A stretch of DNA of 64,000 nucleotides from Gammaproteobacteria bacterium (GCA_965209035.1 OZ242372.1:544001-608000); one strand, 5' to 3'; counted from the first letter of the stretch, positions 43,788 through 54,218 are shown. Notes: a model not told the origin generated them from the letters alone. Translations and numbers: made by a program.

Positions 43788-45448
43788 TATTTTTGTACTT
43801 TGTCTTGACTATTCTCATCATCTGACTCGATAAACATTACCTTAACATCCACTCCTTTTGTCTTCAAATTTGTTAAGGTCTTTTTAATTGATATTTGAGA
43901 GAAAAACGGTAAGTCCGTCAATTTTTTTCTCTGCTTTATTCCTTTCTTAAAAATAATCAAGTAATACACCTCGCACTTACTGGGACCGATATCTATTTCC
44001 GAAGATTTCATATTTTCTTCTTTCAATAAATCTTTAATAAATTCTAACTTTAAAAACTTGTCCCTTGATTCTTTAACTTGGGATAATAAATCATACGCAT
44101 TTTCTCCCTGAAAAAATAAGTGACTTAACCCATCCGAAGCTCTATATATTTTAATATGATAAAACCTATGTCTTTTTTCATCTAACATAGAGTAAACATC
44201 GCAAGGTTCAACTTGAGAAAGGTTTTCTGGAGCAATATTCTTTTTATCTAAACATCTACTTTTGTCTAAATAATTAGTAGCTAAATCTTCATTATAGGCA
44301 TTCTCGTTTTCGTGAGAATATTTGGGTTCCTTATCTCTTGGAATGATCCAATCACCCTTATCTAAGAATTCTTGTAATTTTTTTATATAAGATTCTTCTA
44401 CTTTATACCAGTCCCCGTTATACAAATAATATCGTTCATCCTCATATCGGACATCAAAAATAAAGCATTTACGAAATTTTAATTCCTTACCTATTTCATT
44501 GTCATCATTATCTACCCAGCACATACTGCTCTTATCTAATAAAATATCGTTATCCATTTCTTCCAACTGATCTCCAAAATACGCGTAGTAATTTTCCATA
44601 CTTAAATCGTTATAAGGCGATGAATATTTTTTCTTTGACCTTTTAAATCGTGTTTTTAAGTTCCGCCAATGATTATCCCATAGATCAGGAAAGTTCAGAT
44701 CCACTTGTTCATCGCGGCTTTTAACTGCCCTCACCAACAAATCATTTAGTTTAGAAATTGTTTGCCTATCCTTCTCTTTGACGAAGTTGTGCATAAAAGG
44801 AAATTTTTTCTTATATGTTTCATCCCGGTATAGGTCCAACAATTTAGAACATAAGTCATTAAGTTCTTTGGGACTGTATTTTGTTTGCATATGTAAACTA
44901 TCGGAACCGGCAGGATGTTGAAAATACTTTTTATACTTATCTTGAACATAACCAACCAAAGAATTAAAAACTTCTTGCTCTTCTTCCAAGTCAAAAAAAG
45001 CAAGGTTATTTGATCGCAATAGTTTGGTTGTACGCTGTATTCGCTGACCGGGAGAATGAGTCGATGCCATTCTTAATTTTTGTTCATCCACCGCATTTAA
45101 AGTGACTCTCAACCCAAAATCATTTTCATAAGAATCATTATTCAACTTATGAAAAGCATGTCCATGCGAAAACACAAAATATCTGTCATTTGATTTCCAA
45201 AAGATCAAAGCACCCGACATGACTCTTCTTGATTCTTCTTTGTCCTCATTAATGTTGCCCTTGTCAATTTTCCAGTAAGCAACCCACCAAGGATCAAGAA
45301 TAGATTTATCTTGAATATATATTTCAGTTCCCTCATACGGATGAGATGTATTAACTCTTTCCATCTCATGATCTTCAATTAATGAGTTCTCCGGTTCAAA
45401 TCCCAATTTCAAAAGATAAATTGAAAAACCACTGCTTTTTTTCTCCAT
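43787..45448 (-). CDS. DUF6119/TIGR04141-like sporadically distributed protein
   Basis: SIYLLK, ENDFGLRVTLN, Y.L..GDWY.V, E..YN, LDKK, EPCDVY, HIK, LSHLF.QG, LPFFSQISI. Confidence 0.75.
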   Translation of the reverse strand: MEKKSSGFSIYLLKLGFEPENSLIEDHEMERVNTSHPYEGTEIYIQDKSILDPWWVAYWKIDKGNINEDKEESRRVMSGALIFWKSNDRYFVFSHGHAFHKLNNDSYENDFGLRVTLNAVDEQKLRMASTHSPGQRIQRTTKLLRSNNLAFFDLEEEQEVFNSLVGYVQDKYKKYFQHPAGSDSLHMQTKYSPKELNDLCSKLLDLYRDETYKKKFPFMHNFVKEKDRQTISKLNDLLVRAVKSRDEQVDLNFPDLWDNHWRNLKTRFKRSKKKYSSPYNDLSMENYYAYFGDQLEEMDNDILLDKSSMCWVDNDDNEIGKELKFRKCFIFDVRYEDERYYLYNGDWYKVEESYIKKLQEFLDKGDWIIPRDKEPKYSHENENAYNEDLATNYLDKSRCLDKKNIAPENLSQVEPCDVYSMLDEKRHRFYHIKIYRASDGLSHLFFQGENAYDLLSQVKESRDKFLKLEFIKDLLKEENMKSSEIDIGPSKCEVYYLIIFKKGIKQRKKLTDLPFFSQISIKKTLTNLKTKGVDVKVMFIESDDENSQDKVQK

Positions 45449-45460
45449 TGTTATTTCCTC

Positions 45461-46684
45461 TTAACCTTCCTTCACGACCACTTGCCATTTTCCCGTTAAT
45501 AGTTTCTCCATAAGGGATTTCTTTTGCAAGTGGTATTTATCTTTAATTTTTCTAAGTAGTTCTATTTCTTTCTTACATTTATTTAATCCTTGCACTATCT
45601 CATTTTGCTCTATTACAGAGGGTATAAACATCTCAATAGAGCCAAGATCAGAAAACCGTAATACTTGCCGAACGCTGCCTTGAGTGCTATTTCTTATCCG
45701 CATACGTGCTTCATGCGAAGATAGCCAATGCAAAAAGAAATCGGAAACTACTTTTGTTTCATCCACAGAAAAAATAACATACATAGGACTAACAATACCT
45801 CGATCCCAATTATCTAATCGAGCAATAGATCCTACATTTATTCTTGCAGGATTGTAGCTGTACTGTCCCCTGCACACCATCTTATAATTGGTCAGATTTA
45901 TGCTTGCCACCCGCCGTAAAAATTGCTCTTGTGCCAGGACAAATCCGTTTTTATTTGTTACACTTAATACTCTATCCACCTGATTGTCTTTATTACGAAT
46001 AGAAATCTCGGTCAGAGCATCTTGTAGTTTTATCTTTTTTCTCTTAGGCGAGCCAGTGCCAGTTACCAACTTTTGCACAAGGTACTTGAAATATTTTTCC
46101 TTCGCTTCTATTAACTTCTCAGTCTTTTGAATGGCTTGATCCCAGGTGGATAGGATGGCAACTATTTTCTTTTGGTCCGATAGTGGTGGAAAAATTAACA
46201 CAACTTTTTTAATGTCTTTGGCATACAAGTGAACGATGGTTATACCTTGTGCGTATATTGCAATTTCTTTCTTTTTTATGTGTGTAAGATAGAATGCCAA
46301 AAAAACAGGGTCATACTCAATTAAGTTTTTAGACCTAATAATATTTACATCTGCTCCCAATAACACATCATCTTCCAATAAGGCGGTAGCATTCGCCAAA
46401 TCTAATGCAATAGTTGTGGTTGAGCCGGGCAATAAAACATCCCCCGTTTTGGAAGAAATACCCTTTTTGAGATTGGTATGACTCTGCACTGTTGAAATAA
46501 CCTCAGAATACTTCGTATACAATTCACCGTAAAGAATACATTTATACTTACCCTCTTTATCGAGATGAGATTTTAATAATGTATTTCCGCGAAACACCTC
46601 TGCCACATCACCTACCGCTGCTTTTTTCCACTTTGATTGTAATTTAACTTTTTCCATTTTATTGGCCTTATCTTTTTTACTCAT
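45461..46684 (-). CDS. hsdS: Type I restriction-modification specificity subunit (two TRDs)
   Basis: PPLSDQKKIVAILSTWDQAI, PSVIEQNEI, QKKSLMEKLLTGK. Confidence 0.94.
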   Translation of the reverse strand: MSKKDKANKMEKVKLQSKWKKAAVGDVAEVFRGNTLLKSHLDKEGKYKCILYGELYTKYSEVISTVQSHTNLKKGISSKTGDVLLPGSTTTIALDLANATALLEDDVLLGADVNIIRSKNLIEYDPVFLAFYLTHIKKKEIAIYAQGITIVHLYAKDIKKVVLIFPPLSDQKKIVAILSTWDQAIQKTEKLIEAKEKYFKYLVQKLVTGTGSPKRKKIKLQDALTEISIRNKDNQVDRVLSVTNKNGFVLAQEQFLRRVASINLTNYKMVCRGQYSYNPARINVGSIARLDNWDRGIVSPMYVIFSVDETKVVSDFFLHWLSSHEARMRIRNSTQGSVRQVLRFSDLGSIEMFIPSVIEQNEIVQGLNKCKKEIELLRKIKDKYHLQKKSLMEKLLTGKWQVVVKEG

Positions 46685-46766
46685 ATTTCAATTGCAATAA
46701 ACCATTTTTTCTAAATCATAAAAGGATGCGGAGGAAGCGAATGCTCCCGCCGAATCCTTTTCGGTT

Positions 46767-47072
46767 TTATCTTTCACCACAAGATGGCTTGAATACAGTC
46801 CGAGTTGATTGTTCCACAATATCTCTGTCCGCTTTGGAATCAACATAGTAGACATAGATATTATCCTCATTAGAGGACCAGCCATTTTGTTTCCAACAAT
46901 CTTCACGATCGTGATCGCTCAAACGATCTGCGAGTGTTTCAGATTGACCAACATCTACAACTTTCGTACCTGCATTGTCATAGACAACATAGACACCCGG
47001 CTGATTTCCAATAGCACCACTATCCTTTTGAAAGGGTCCCTCAAAAGAATAGCCTAATATATTTTTTGTCAT
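46767..47072 (-). CDS. Small divergent GIY-YIG-like protein
   Basis: FEGP, GVYVV, VDVGQS, RLSDHDR, E...R....P.CG. Confidence 0.65.
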   Translation of the reverse strand: MTKNILGYSFEGPFQKDSGAIGNQPGVYVVYDNAGTKVVDVGQSETLADRLSDHDREDCWKQNGWSSNEDNIYVYYVDSKADRDIVEQSTRTVFKPSCGER

Positions 47073-47196
47073 AATGATTATTATTAATGATTTGTTAATA
47101 TAGGTTCGGCATAGGTCAAAGTCAAACATTGCCCATACCTATTATTCAAAGAAGTTCCCCTCTCCAAATTCGTTTTACTTTTCCGTAAGAGTACTT

Positions 47197-48762
47197 TCAT
47201 TTCTTCGCCGAGTTTTGTTTCTCAAGTTCTACCAGATGCTCTTTCATTTCGGCACGGACGGTTGTCAGTTGCGTTTCCAATTCTTCTATCTCCAGTTGCA
47301 ACTTATGCGGATCCTGCACTTCATCTTCTTTGTATGTATCCACATAGCGCGGGATGTTTAAGTTATAGTCATTAACCTCTATATCCTTCGGGCTGGCAAG
47401 GTAAGCATAGCCGGGAACACTTTTTCTCTTTTTACGGGTTTCAAGAATCTTGCCAATATGCTCGTCTGCGATACTGTTTTGGTTCTTCCCGGCATCAAAA
47501 TCACGCGAGGCATCTATAAACAAAACATCTTTACGATCCGCATTAACACCGCCGGGTTGGCGCGACTTGTCAAATACAAGAATCGTCACAGGAATACCGG
47601 TACTTTGAAACAGGTTTGACGGCAAGCCAACGACAGTATCCAGCAGATTGTCCTCTATGACACTGCGGCGAATTCGCCCTTCCGATGCCCCGCGAAACAG
47701 AACACCATGCGGGACAATAACCGCCACTCGCCCTTTTTGCGGAGTGGCGGCCGCTATCATATGGGATAAAAACGCCCAGTCCCCTCTGCCATCTGATGGC
47801 ACTCCTCGGTGAAAGCGACCATACCTGTCATCTTCTACCTGGCCGGCACCCCAATTTTTTAACGAAAACGGCGGGTTGGCAACAATGACCTCAAACTTTA
47901 ACAAGTCGTCTCCGTCTTTTAACTGAGGGTCCGTAAGAGCATTGCATTTCTCCAGCCGGGCATCGTTTGTGTTTGGTAAGGCACTGAGCAGAAAGTTCAT
48001 GCGTGCCATAGCCCAAGTATTGTTATTGATTTCCATACCGGCAAGTCTGTAATTTTTTGTGCCGAATTGTTTGTATAACACGCGGGCCGCCTCCAGCAGC
48101 AAGGAGCCGGAACCACATGCCGGGTCGCAAATTTTGTCACCTGCAACCGGCGCGGCAAGGCGGGCTACCAGTTCTGATATCTTGTGCGGGGTGTAAAATT
48201 CGCCCGCCTTCTTACCGGCATCCGAAGCAAAACGCTCTATAAGGTAAATGTAAGAATTGCCAATAATATCATCGGAGATTTCGTCCTTGCCAAAATCGGG
48301 TAAACGGTTAAATCCTTCCAAAAGTTTTCTCAGCCGGCTGTTGCGATCGCGGGTTTCGCCCAAGTTTTCGTCGCTATTGAAATTCACATTACTAAAAATA
48401 CCTTCAAACTTGTCGCTGTTTGCCGTTTCTATCTTGCGAAGTTTTTTGTTGATTTGGTCACCGATATCGTCGTCGTTTCTGGCTTCATACAAAGAATGGA
48501 AATCACACTCTTCCGGTATGCGCCAATCTTCCAATTCCAACATCCTGGCGACAACTCCGGGTTTATCTCCGTGTTCGCTTTGAATCGTTTTTTTGTGCTT
48601 GGCGAATACATCCGAAATATATTTCCAAAACAAGGTGACCAGGATGTAGTCCTTGTATTGAGTCGGATCCATAGGACCGCGAAAAGTATCGCATGCCGAC
48701 CAAACAATGCGATTGATGTCGGCGGAGGCGATTGTTTTTTTCTCTTGATTTTTATTGTTCAT
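47197..48762 (-). CDS. hsdM: Type I restriction-modification methyltransferase (m6A, NPPF)
   Basis: WSACDTFRG, AGEFYTP, DPACGSGSLL, VANPPFS, PHGVLFRG, YNLNIPRY. Confidence 0.97.
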   Translation of the reverse strand: MNNKNQEKKTIASADINRIVWSACDTFRGPMDPTQYKDYILVTLFWKYISDVFAKHKKTIQSEHGDKPGVVARMLELEDWRIPEECDFHSLYEARNDDDIGDQINKKLRKIETANSDKFEGIFSNVNFNSDENLGETRDRNSRLRKLLEGFNRLPDFGKDEISDDIIGNSYIYLIERFASDAGKKAGEFYTPHKISELVARLAAPVAGDKICDPACGSGSLLLEAARVLYKQFGTKNYRLAGMEINNNTWAMARMNFLLSALPNTNDARLEKCNALTDPQLKDGDDLLKFEVIVANPPFSLKNWGAGQVEDDRYGRFHRGVPSDGRGDWAFLSHMIAAATPQKGRVAVIVPHGVLFRGASEGRIRRSVIEDNLLDTVVGLPSNLFQSTGIPVTILVFDKSRQPGGVNADRKDVLFIDASRDFDAGKNQNSIADEHIGKILETRKKRKSVPGYAYLASPKDIEVNDYNLNIPRYVDTYKEDEVQDPHKLQLEIEELETQLTTVRAEMKEHLVELEKQNSAKK

Positions 48763-48774
48763 GATTTAATAGTT

Positions 48775-49590
48775 TTATTTCTGTTCCTCTAAATAATAAT
48801 CGTGTCGGACAAAGTTCATTAACTTGCCTTGAATATACTCTTCCCGCTTGGCCGTCAATTGTTTGGTCAGTTGTTTTTGTTTGATAAGCAATTTATTGAT
48901 TGCCCCGATATCGCGTTGCCTTCTAATTGAAGGAATAAGAACGCGCATCTTGCCCAATATTTTCAAAGTGACTTGTCGCAATAAAGTTCCTTCCGAATGT
49001 CTTATCAGAAATCTTTGCACCAAGGGACTGTTAATGAACCAATGAAGGTAATGCGGAATTAAAGATTCCATATCTCTAATGCGAATTCTGACAAGTGGCA
49101 GTGCAAATACGGTGTCTTCGGGAACATCGCCGCCGACCAAAACAGCCCGGTAGTTATTGCCTCTGGTTTTTAGCAGGATATCCCCCGAACGCAGTGCGTA
49201 GTTTTTTAAGATGTCTTGGCGACGCTTCCGCTTTTCTTCGGGTGTGTAAGTATCCCATTTGTGTTGAACAATGGTTCTTCTCGCCGTAGAACTATGTCGG
49301 TTGATGTTTCTGCCATATTCCAAATAATCTTTCTCACCCCCGCGATCGGACAAATAGCGGACACGATGCAGCATAATTTCCCCGATCCTTTTCATATCTA
49401 TCGTGTCGTCTGTTGTGATATCTCGCATGAGTATCGTCCGCATATAGTCACCCGGCAATGGTGAACCCTCCTGTCGAAAACCTGCTCTAACAACACCGGG
49501 ATATAACGACAACCCGCCCTTGATCTCAGCGACCTTCCCCAAAAAATCTTCCGAGAGTGCTTCTGTGCTACCAGTATCTATTTGTAACAT
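48775..49590 (-). CDS. Single-TRD (half) HsdS-like subunit (start uncertain; ORF open to 49713)
   Basis: LGKVAEIKGG, LRSGDILLKTRG, PHYLHWFINS...EGT, IPSIRRQ..I followed by coiled coil. Confidence 0.75.
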   Translation of the reverse strand: MLQIDTGSTEALSEDFLGKVAEIKGGLSLYPGVVRAGFRQEGSPLPGDYMRTILMRDITTDDTIDMKRIGEIMLHRVRYLSDRGGEKDYLEYGRNINRHSSTARRTIVQHKWDTYTPEEKRKRRQDILKNYALRSGDILLKTRGNNYRAVLVGGDVPEDTVFALPLVRIRIRDMESLIPHYLHWFINSPLVQRFLIRHSEGTLLRQVTLKILGKMRVLIPSIRRQRDIGAINKLLIKQKQLTKQLTAKREEYIQGKLMNFVRHDYYLEEQK

Positions 49591-49774
49591 ACTCTTATTA
49601 TAGTTAAGAAAATATAAATTATAACGATTTTCTTTACTTTTATACACTTTTATAAAAATAAAGTCATTACTATTATAATCTAAAAGCATCTTCTTTGTTC
49701 GCCTCTTCTGCAATTAAACTGAGAACAATAATCTCTCTGCTATAAAATACACTAATTACTATCAATCACTACAA

Positions 49775-50920
49775 ATGAACGAAACTAAATCTCCCGATTG
49801 GGGGCCATTGCGGTCAAAGGCAGAAAAACTTCCCGCCTTGCCGGTATCGGAGCGGCAACCGCCCACTTTGATAGAGGTTACCGGCTATCAGGCCAAGGAG
49901 AATTTTTGTAGCAATATACTGGCATTCTTTTTTCAAACCGATGCGGAGCATGATATGGGCGACCTGGTGGTGTCTTCCCTGCTCGAGGCGGTCTCGGCAA
50001 AAGGTGACGGCACAGATATTGCAACCGATGACATCAAGGTTAACAATGTTGCAAGAGAATATCTCACAGATGACGGCAAACGCATAGACCTGTTAATTGA
50101 AACGCGCCGACATATCATCGGCATAGAAAACAAAATATACGCCTGGGCTTATAACGATTTTGAGGAATACGAAAAAACTATAAAAGATCTTGCCGCCAAT
50201 GATTTTGGCAGTGCTGCCAAACGACAGCCAGTTTGTGTTTTACTCAGCCCTTATGAGCAGAAAAAACACAAAAGTTTTATTCCGATTACCTATGATGATT
50301 TTTTTGAAAGAATTGAGAAGAAACTGGGCAAGTATGCTACGGCTGCGAATCCGGAATATCTACAATTTTTATTACACTTTATAAGAACAATACAAAATAT
50401 CACTATGAACGATAAAAAAAACAGCCAATTTAAAGAGGAAATGAAAGCGGTTCTCGAGAAAAAAGAGAACACCAAAGAAATCACAGATTTTTTTGAGAAA
50501 TGCACAAGGTATAAAGGGATGTTGGATCAAAGTCTCTTGAGCACAGAACATCTAAAACACTTCGAGGAGAAGCAGCCGAACATCATTAACACTTGGATCC
50601 ATCGAAAGCAGACTCTTGTTATAGATTGTAATTATGATAAACAGAGCCCTACTCTTGCCATAGACATATGGACTTGTTTTCCCGATCATGCGGATATGGC
50701 TATATTCTTCAGAAAGAATAATTGGGAGGAAAGGTTAAGGTCTTTTCTCAACAATTATGCGTTGGATAAAAAATTTGAGATGGATGAAAACATCGGCAGG
50801 TTTCGGATAAAGGAACCCATCCCCATCAATGAAATAACTGACGAGAACAATGCTTTGGGCGACCTGATAAAAGCCCTTTTCAAAGAACACGAAACAAAAG
50901 CGAAGCAGGCAAACGAATGA
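49775..50920 (+). CDS. PD-(D/E)XK nuclease family protein, array copy 1
   Basis: EN..SNILAFFF, REY, RIDLLI, IGIENKIYA. Confidence 0.85.
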   Translation: MNETKSPDWGPLRSKAEKLPALPVSERQPPTLIEVTGYQAKENFCSNILAFFFQTDAEHDMGDLVVSSLLEAVSAKGDGTDIATDDIKVNNVAREYLTDDGKRIDLLIETRRHIIGIENKIYAWAYNDFEEYEKTIKDLAANDFGSAAKRQPVCVLLSPYEQKKHKSFIPITYDDFFERIEKKLGKYATAANPEYLQFLLHFIRTIQNITMNDKKNSQFKEEMKAVLEKKENTKEITDFFEKCTRYKGMLDQSLLSTEHLKHFEEKQPNIINTWIHRKQTLVIDCNYDKQSPTLAIDIWTCFPDHADMAIFFRKNNWEERLRSFLNNYALDKKFEMDENIGRFRIKEPIPINEITDENNALGDLIKALFKEHETKAKQANE

Positions 50921-50977
50921 CCTTTGGTTTGGTGCAATTCAAATATTCTGTTTCGCTATAAGTTATAAATCAAAATT

Positions 50978-52156
50978 ATGGACGAAATTCTAATTGCCAG
51001 ATGGACGGAATTGCTACGGAAGGCGGAAGCCGAAGGGATTCTTTCTTTGGGGACAGTGGAACAACCACCGACTTTTATAGAGATCACCCGCCACCAGAGA
51101 AAAGAGAATTTTTGTAGCAATATATTAGCATTCTTTTTTAAAACAGGCGCCCAACATCATCTCGGTGATCTGTTGGTATCTTCTTTGCTTGAAGTATATA
51201 AAGAAAAAAGCCCGGATGATAATTTTGCGACCGAGGGCATAGAAGTTGTCAATGTTAGCAGAGAGTACAGCACGGATGAAAGAAAACGCATAGACCTGCT
51301 GATAAAAACCAGAAGACATGTCATCGGCATAGAGAACAAAATATATGCCGATGCCTATAACAACGATTTTAAGAATTATGAGAAAACTATAAGAGAGGTT
51401 GCCTCAAACTATTTGGATGATTCTTCCAAACTAAAACCTGTTTATGTGATACTTAGCCTTAATAAGCAAGAACAACATGAAAATTTTATTCCGATTACTT
51501 ACGATGAATTTTTTAAAAAAATTGAAAAGAACTTGGGTAAGTATGTGATGGATGCAAATCCAAAATACCTACCTTTTTTATTAGACTTTATAAAGACAAT
51601 ACAAAATCTAACTATGAACAACGAACTTAATCAAGAAATACAAGAATTTCTACAAAAAGAAAAAGACAATGTGGAAAAAATAGAACAACTTACCGATGCC
51701 ATTCAAAAGTATAAGGAGCATCTCAGGGAACGACTGATAGGAGATAAAAAATTATTAGAACATTTCAATAAAAAATCTGACATCATCGGTGCAGATTGGA
51801 AGAACGGCACAGGAGGTAAGAAAAAATATATTTACATCGGTTTTAAGGAAAGGATTGATCAAGACCACACACACTTTGGGATAGATCTTTTTCATTGCTT
51901 ACCTGCTAGCGTAACTATTGATGTATTTCTCCACAAAAAAGATTGGTCTTTGGAACATTCGGAATGGACAAAGAAACTCTTGCGTGATTCTTCTCTGGAA
52001 AAAGAATTTAAAGTGTCAGAAAAGGACGAAAATAAATTCCGAATAAAAGAATCAATTCCTATGGATAAAATAACAAATGAGGACAATGTTCTCGACAGGT
52101 TGATAAAAGCTATTCTCAAAGAATACGAAACAAAAGCGAAACAGGCCGGCGAATGA
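50978..52156 (+). CDS. PD-(D/E)XK nuclease family protein, array copy 2
   Basis: Same motifs: REY..RIDLLI..IGIENKIYA. Confidence 0.85.
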   Translation: MDEILIARWTELLRKAEAEGILSLGTVEQPPTFIEITRHQRKENFCSNILAFFFKTGAQHHLGDLLVSSLLEVYKEKSPDDNFATEGIEVVNVSREYSTDERKRIDLLIKTRRHVIGIENKIYADAYNNDFKNYEKTIREVASNYLDDSSKLKPVYVILSLNKQEQHENFIPITYDEFFKKIEKNLGKYVMDANPKYLPFLLDFIKTIQNLTMNNELNQEIQEFLQKEKDNVEKIEQLTDAIQKYKEHLRERLIGDKKLLEHFNKKSDIIGADWKNGTGGKKKYIYIGFKERIDQDHTHFGIDLFHCLPASVTIDVFLHKKDWSLEHSEWTKKLLRDSSLEKEFKVSEKDENKFRIKESIPMDKITNEDNVLDRLIKAILKEYETKAKQAGE

Positions 52157-52216
52157 CATTCGGTTTGGTGCAATTCAAATATTCTGTTTCGCTATAAGTT
52201 ATAGATAAAAGAAATA

Positions 52217-53380
52217 ATGAACGAAATTCTAATTGCCAGATGGGCGGAATTGCTGCGGAAGGCGGAGGCCGAAGGGATTCTTTCTTTGGAGACAGTGGAA
52301 CAGTCACCAACTTTTATAGAGATCACCCACCACCAGAGAAAAGAGAATTTTTGTAGCAATATATTAGCATTCTTTTTTAAAACAGGCGCCCAACATCATC
52401 TCGGTGATCTGTTGATATCTTCTTTGCTTGAAGTATATAAAGAAAAAAGCCCGGATGATAATTTTGCGACCGAGGGCATAGAAGTTGTCAATGTTAGCAG
52501 AGAGTACAGCACGGATGAAAGAAAACGCATAGACCTACTGATAAAAACGAGAAGACATGTCATCGGCATAGAGAACAAAATATATGCCGATGCTTATAAC
52601 AACGATTTTAAGAATTATGAGAAAACTATAAAAGAGGTTGCCTCAAACTATTTGGATGATTCTTCCAAACTAAAACCTGTTTATGTGATACTTAGCCTTA
52701 ATAAGCAAGAACAACATGAAAATTTTATTCCGATTACTTACGATGAATTTTTTAAAAAAATTGAAAAGAACTTAGGCAAGTATGTGATGGATGCAAATCC
52801 AAAATACTTTCCATTTTTATTAGACTTTATAAAGACAATACAAAATTTAACTACAGACAATAAATTTATTCAAGAAATGCAAGACTTTCTACAAAAAGAA
52901 AAAAATAATGCGAAAAAAGCACAAAATTTTATTGATGTACTTCAAGAGTATAAAGAGCACCTCAGAGAACGACTTATAAGTGATAAAAACTTAAAATACT
53001 TCAACGATAAATCTGATATCATCAATGCCTCCCTATGGGGTACTGTCCCCCGTAAACGGAATAAGAGAAAATACATTTATATAGATTTTGAGGAAAAGTT
53101 TGATCAAAGCCGCCCTACTTTTGCCATAGACCTCTTGGATTGTTTACCGGACAATGTAATTATTGATGTGTTTTTTCGCGAAGAAAAAAGAGGGCCAGGA
53201 TATCCGGAACGGACGAAAAATCTCTTGCACAAATTTTCTCTTTTGGAAGAATTTAAAATACCGGAACATGATAATAATAAATTCCGAATAAAAGAATCAA
53301 TTCCTATGGATGAAATAACAAATGAGGACAATGTTCTCGGCAAGTTAATAAACGCCCTTCTCAAAGAATACGGAGAATAA
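52217..53380 (+). CDS. PD-(D/E)XK nuclease family protein, array copy 3
   Basis: N-terminal ~210 aa nearly identical to copy 2; divergent middle. Confidence 0.85.
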   Translation: MNEILIARWAELLRKAEAEGILSLETVEQSPTFIEITHHQRKENFCSNILAFFFKTGAQHHLGDLLISSLLEVYKEKSPDDNFATEGIEVVNVSREYSTDERKRIDLLIKTRRHVIGIENKIYADAYNNDFKNYEKTIKEVASNYLDDSSKLKPVYVILSLNKQEQHENFIPITYDEFFKKIEKNLGKYVMDANPKYFPFLLDFIKTIQNLTTDNKFIQEMQDFLQKEKNNAKKAQNFIDVLQEYKEHLRERLISDKNLKYFNDKSDIINASLWGTVPRKRNKRKYIYIDFEEKFDQSRPTFAIDLLDCLPDNVIIDVFFREEKRGPGYPERTKNLLHKFSLLEEFKIPEHDNNKFRIKESIPMDEITNEDNVLGKLINALLKEYGE

Positions 53381-53431
53381 TAATAGTCCGGATAATTAAA
53401 ATTTAGAAAGAAAAACGCGCAGATCGGTTAA

Positions 53432-54043
53432 TTAAAAAAATTGAAAAGAACCTTGGCAAGTATGCCTCAGACGCACACCCGGAATATCTACAATTTTTAT
53501 TATGCTTTATAAAGAATAAGGACAATACAAAGCCTGACTATGGACAATAAACTTAAAGAAACAATGAAGACATTCCTTCAACAAGAAGGTAATACAGAAA
53601 AATCACAACTTCTTTTTGAGAAATGCAAAAGGTATGAAGAATATCTCATTGAAAATCTTACGAAAGAAGAAAATTTAAACTACTTTCGGAATAAGTCAAA
53701 TGATATTATTAAGATTGATGTCAGTAAATGGCAGGGAAATATCGGGATACATTGCAAGCCGAACAAAGGTATTATTCTTCCCACTTTTGTAATAGATATT
53801 ATGGGCACCTTTTTTCCATATCATGCCCGGATCATCCAAATATATTCCAAGGGAAAAAATAACCCGATTGGTTGGATCCCAAATTTCTTGCATAGGCAAG
53901 AGAAAAGATTATCCAAAAAGTTTAAGTACCAGGATCATAATAAATGTTTTTGGGCAACCGAGCCAATTCCCATTAATAAAATAACACACAAAGACGAACT
54001 ACCAACCAAGTTGATTAAAGCCTTTATCGCAGAATACGAATAA
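53432..54043 (+). pseudogene. Orphan C-terminal cassette of the PD-(D/E)XK array (ORF 53540-54043 plus upstream homology stub)
   Basis: Stub KKIEKNLGKYASDAHPEYLQFLL matches copies 1-3; ORF ends EPIPINKIT...KLIKAFIAEYE. Confidence 0.8.
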
Positions 54044-54218
54044 AAGAAATAACCCGGATAATCAAACTTGGAGTGAATAGTAAACAGACTCCAACAGTCC
54101 TCCTTTTCAGACCCCACCTCGCAATAACGACAAACAGCAGTTTGTCTTGCTTTGGCGTTTAACCGTTTCGTGTATTAAAGGACGAAGCGGTTCGATTTTG
54201 TTTTTGTTTGTCCGGTTC

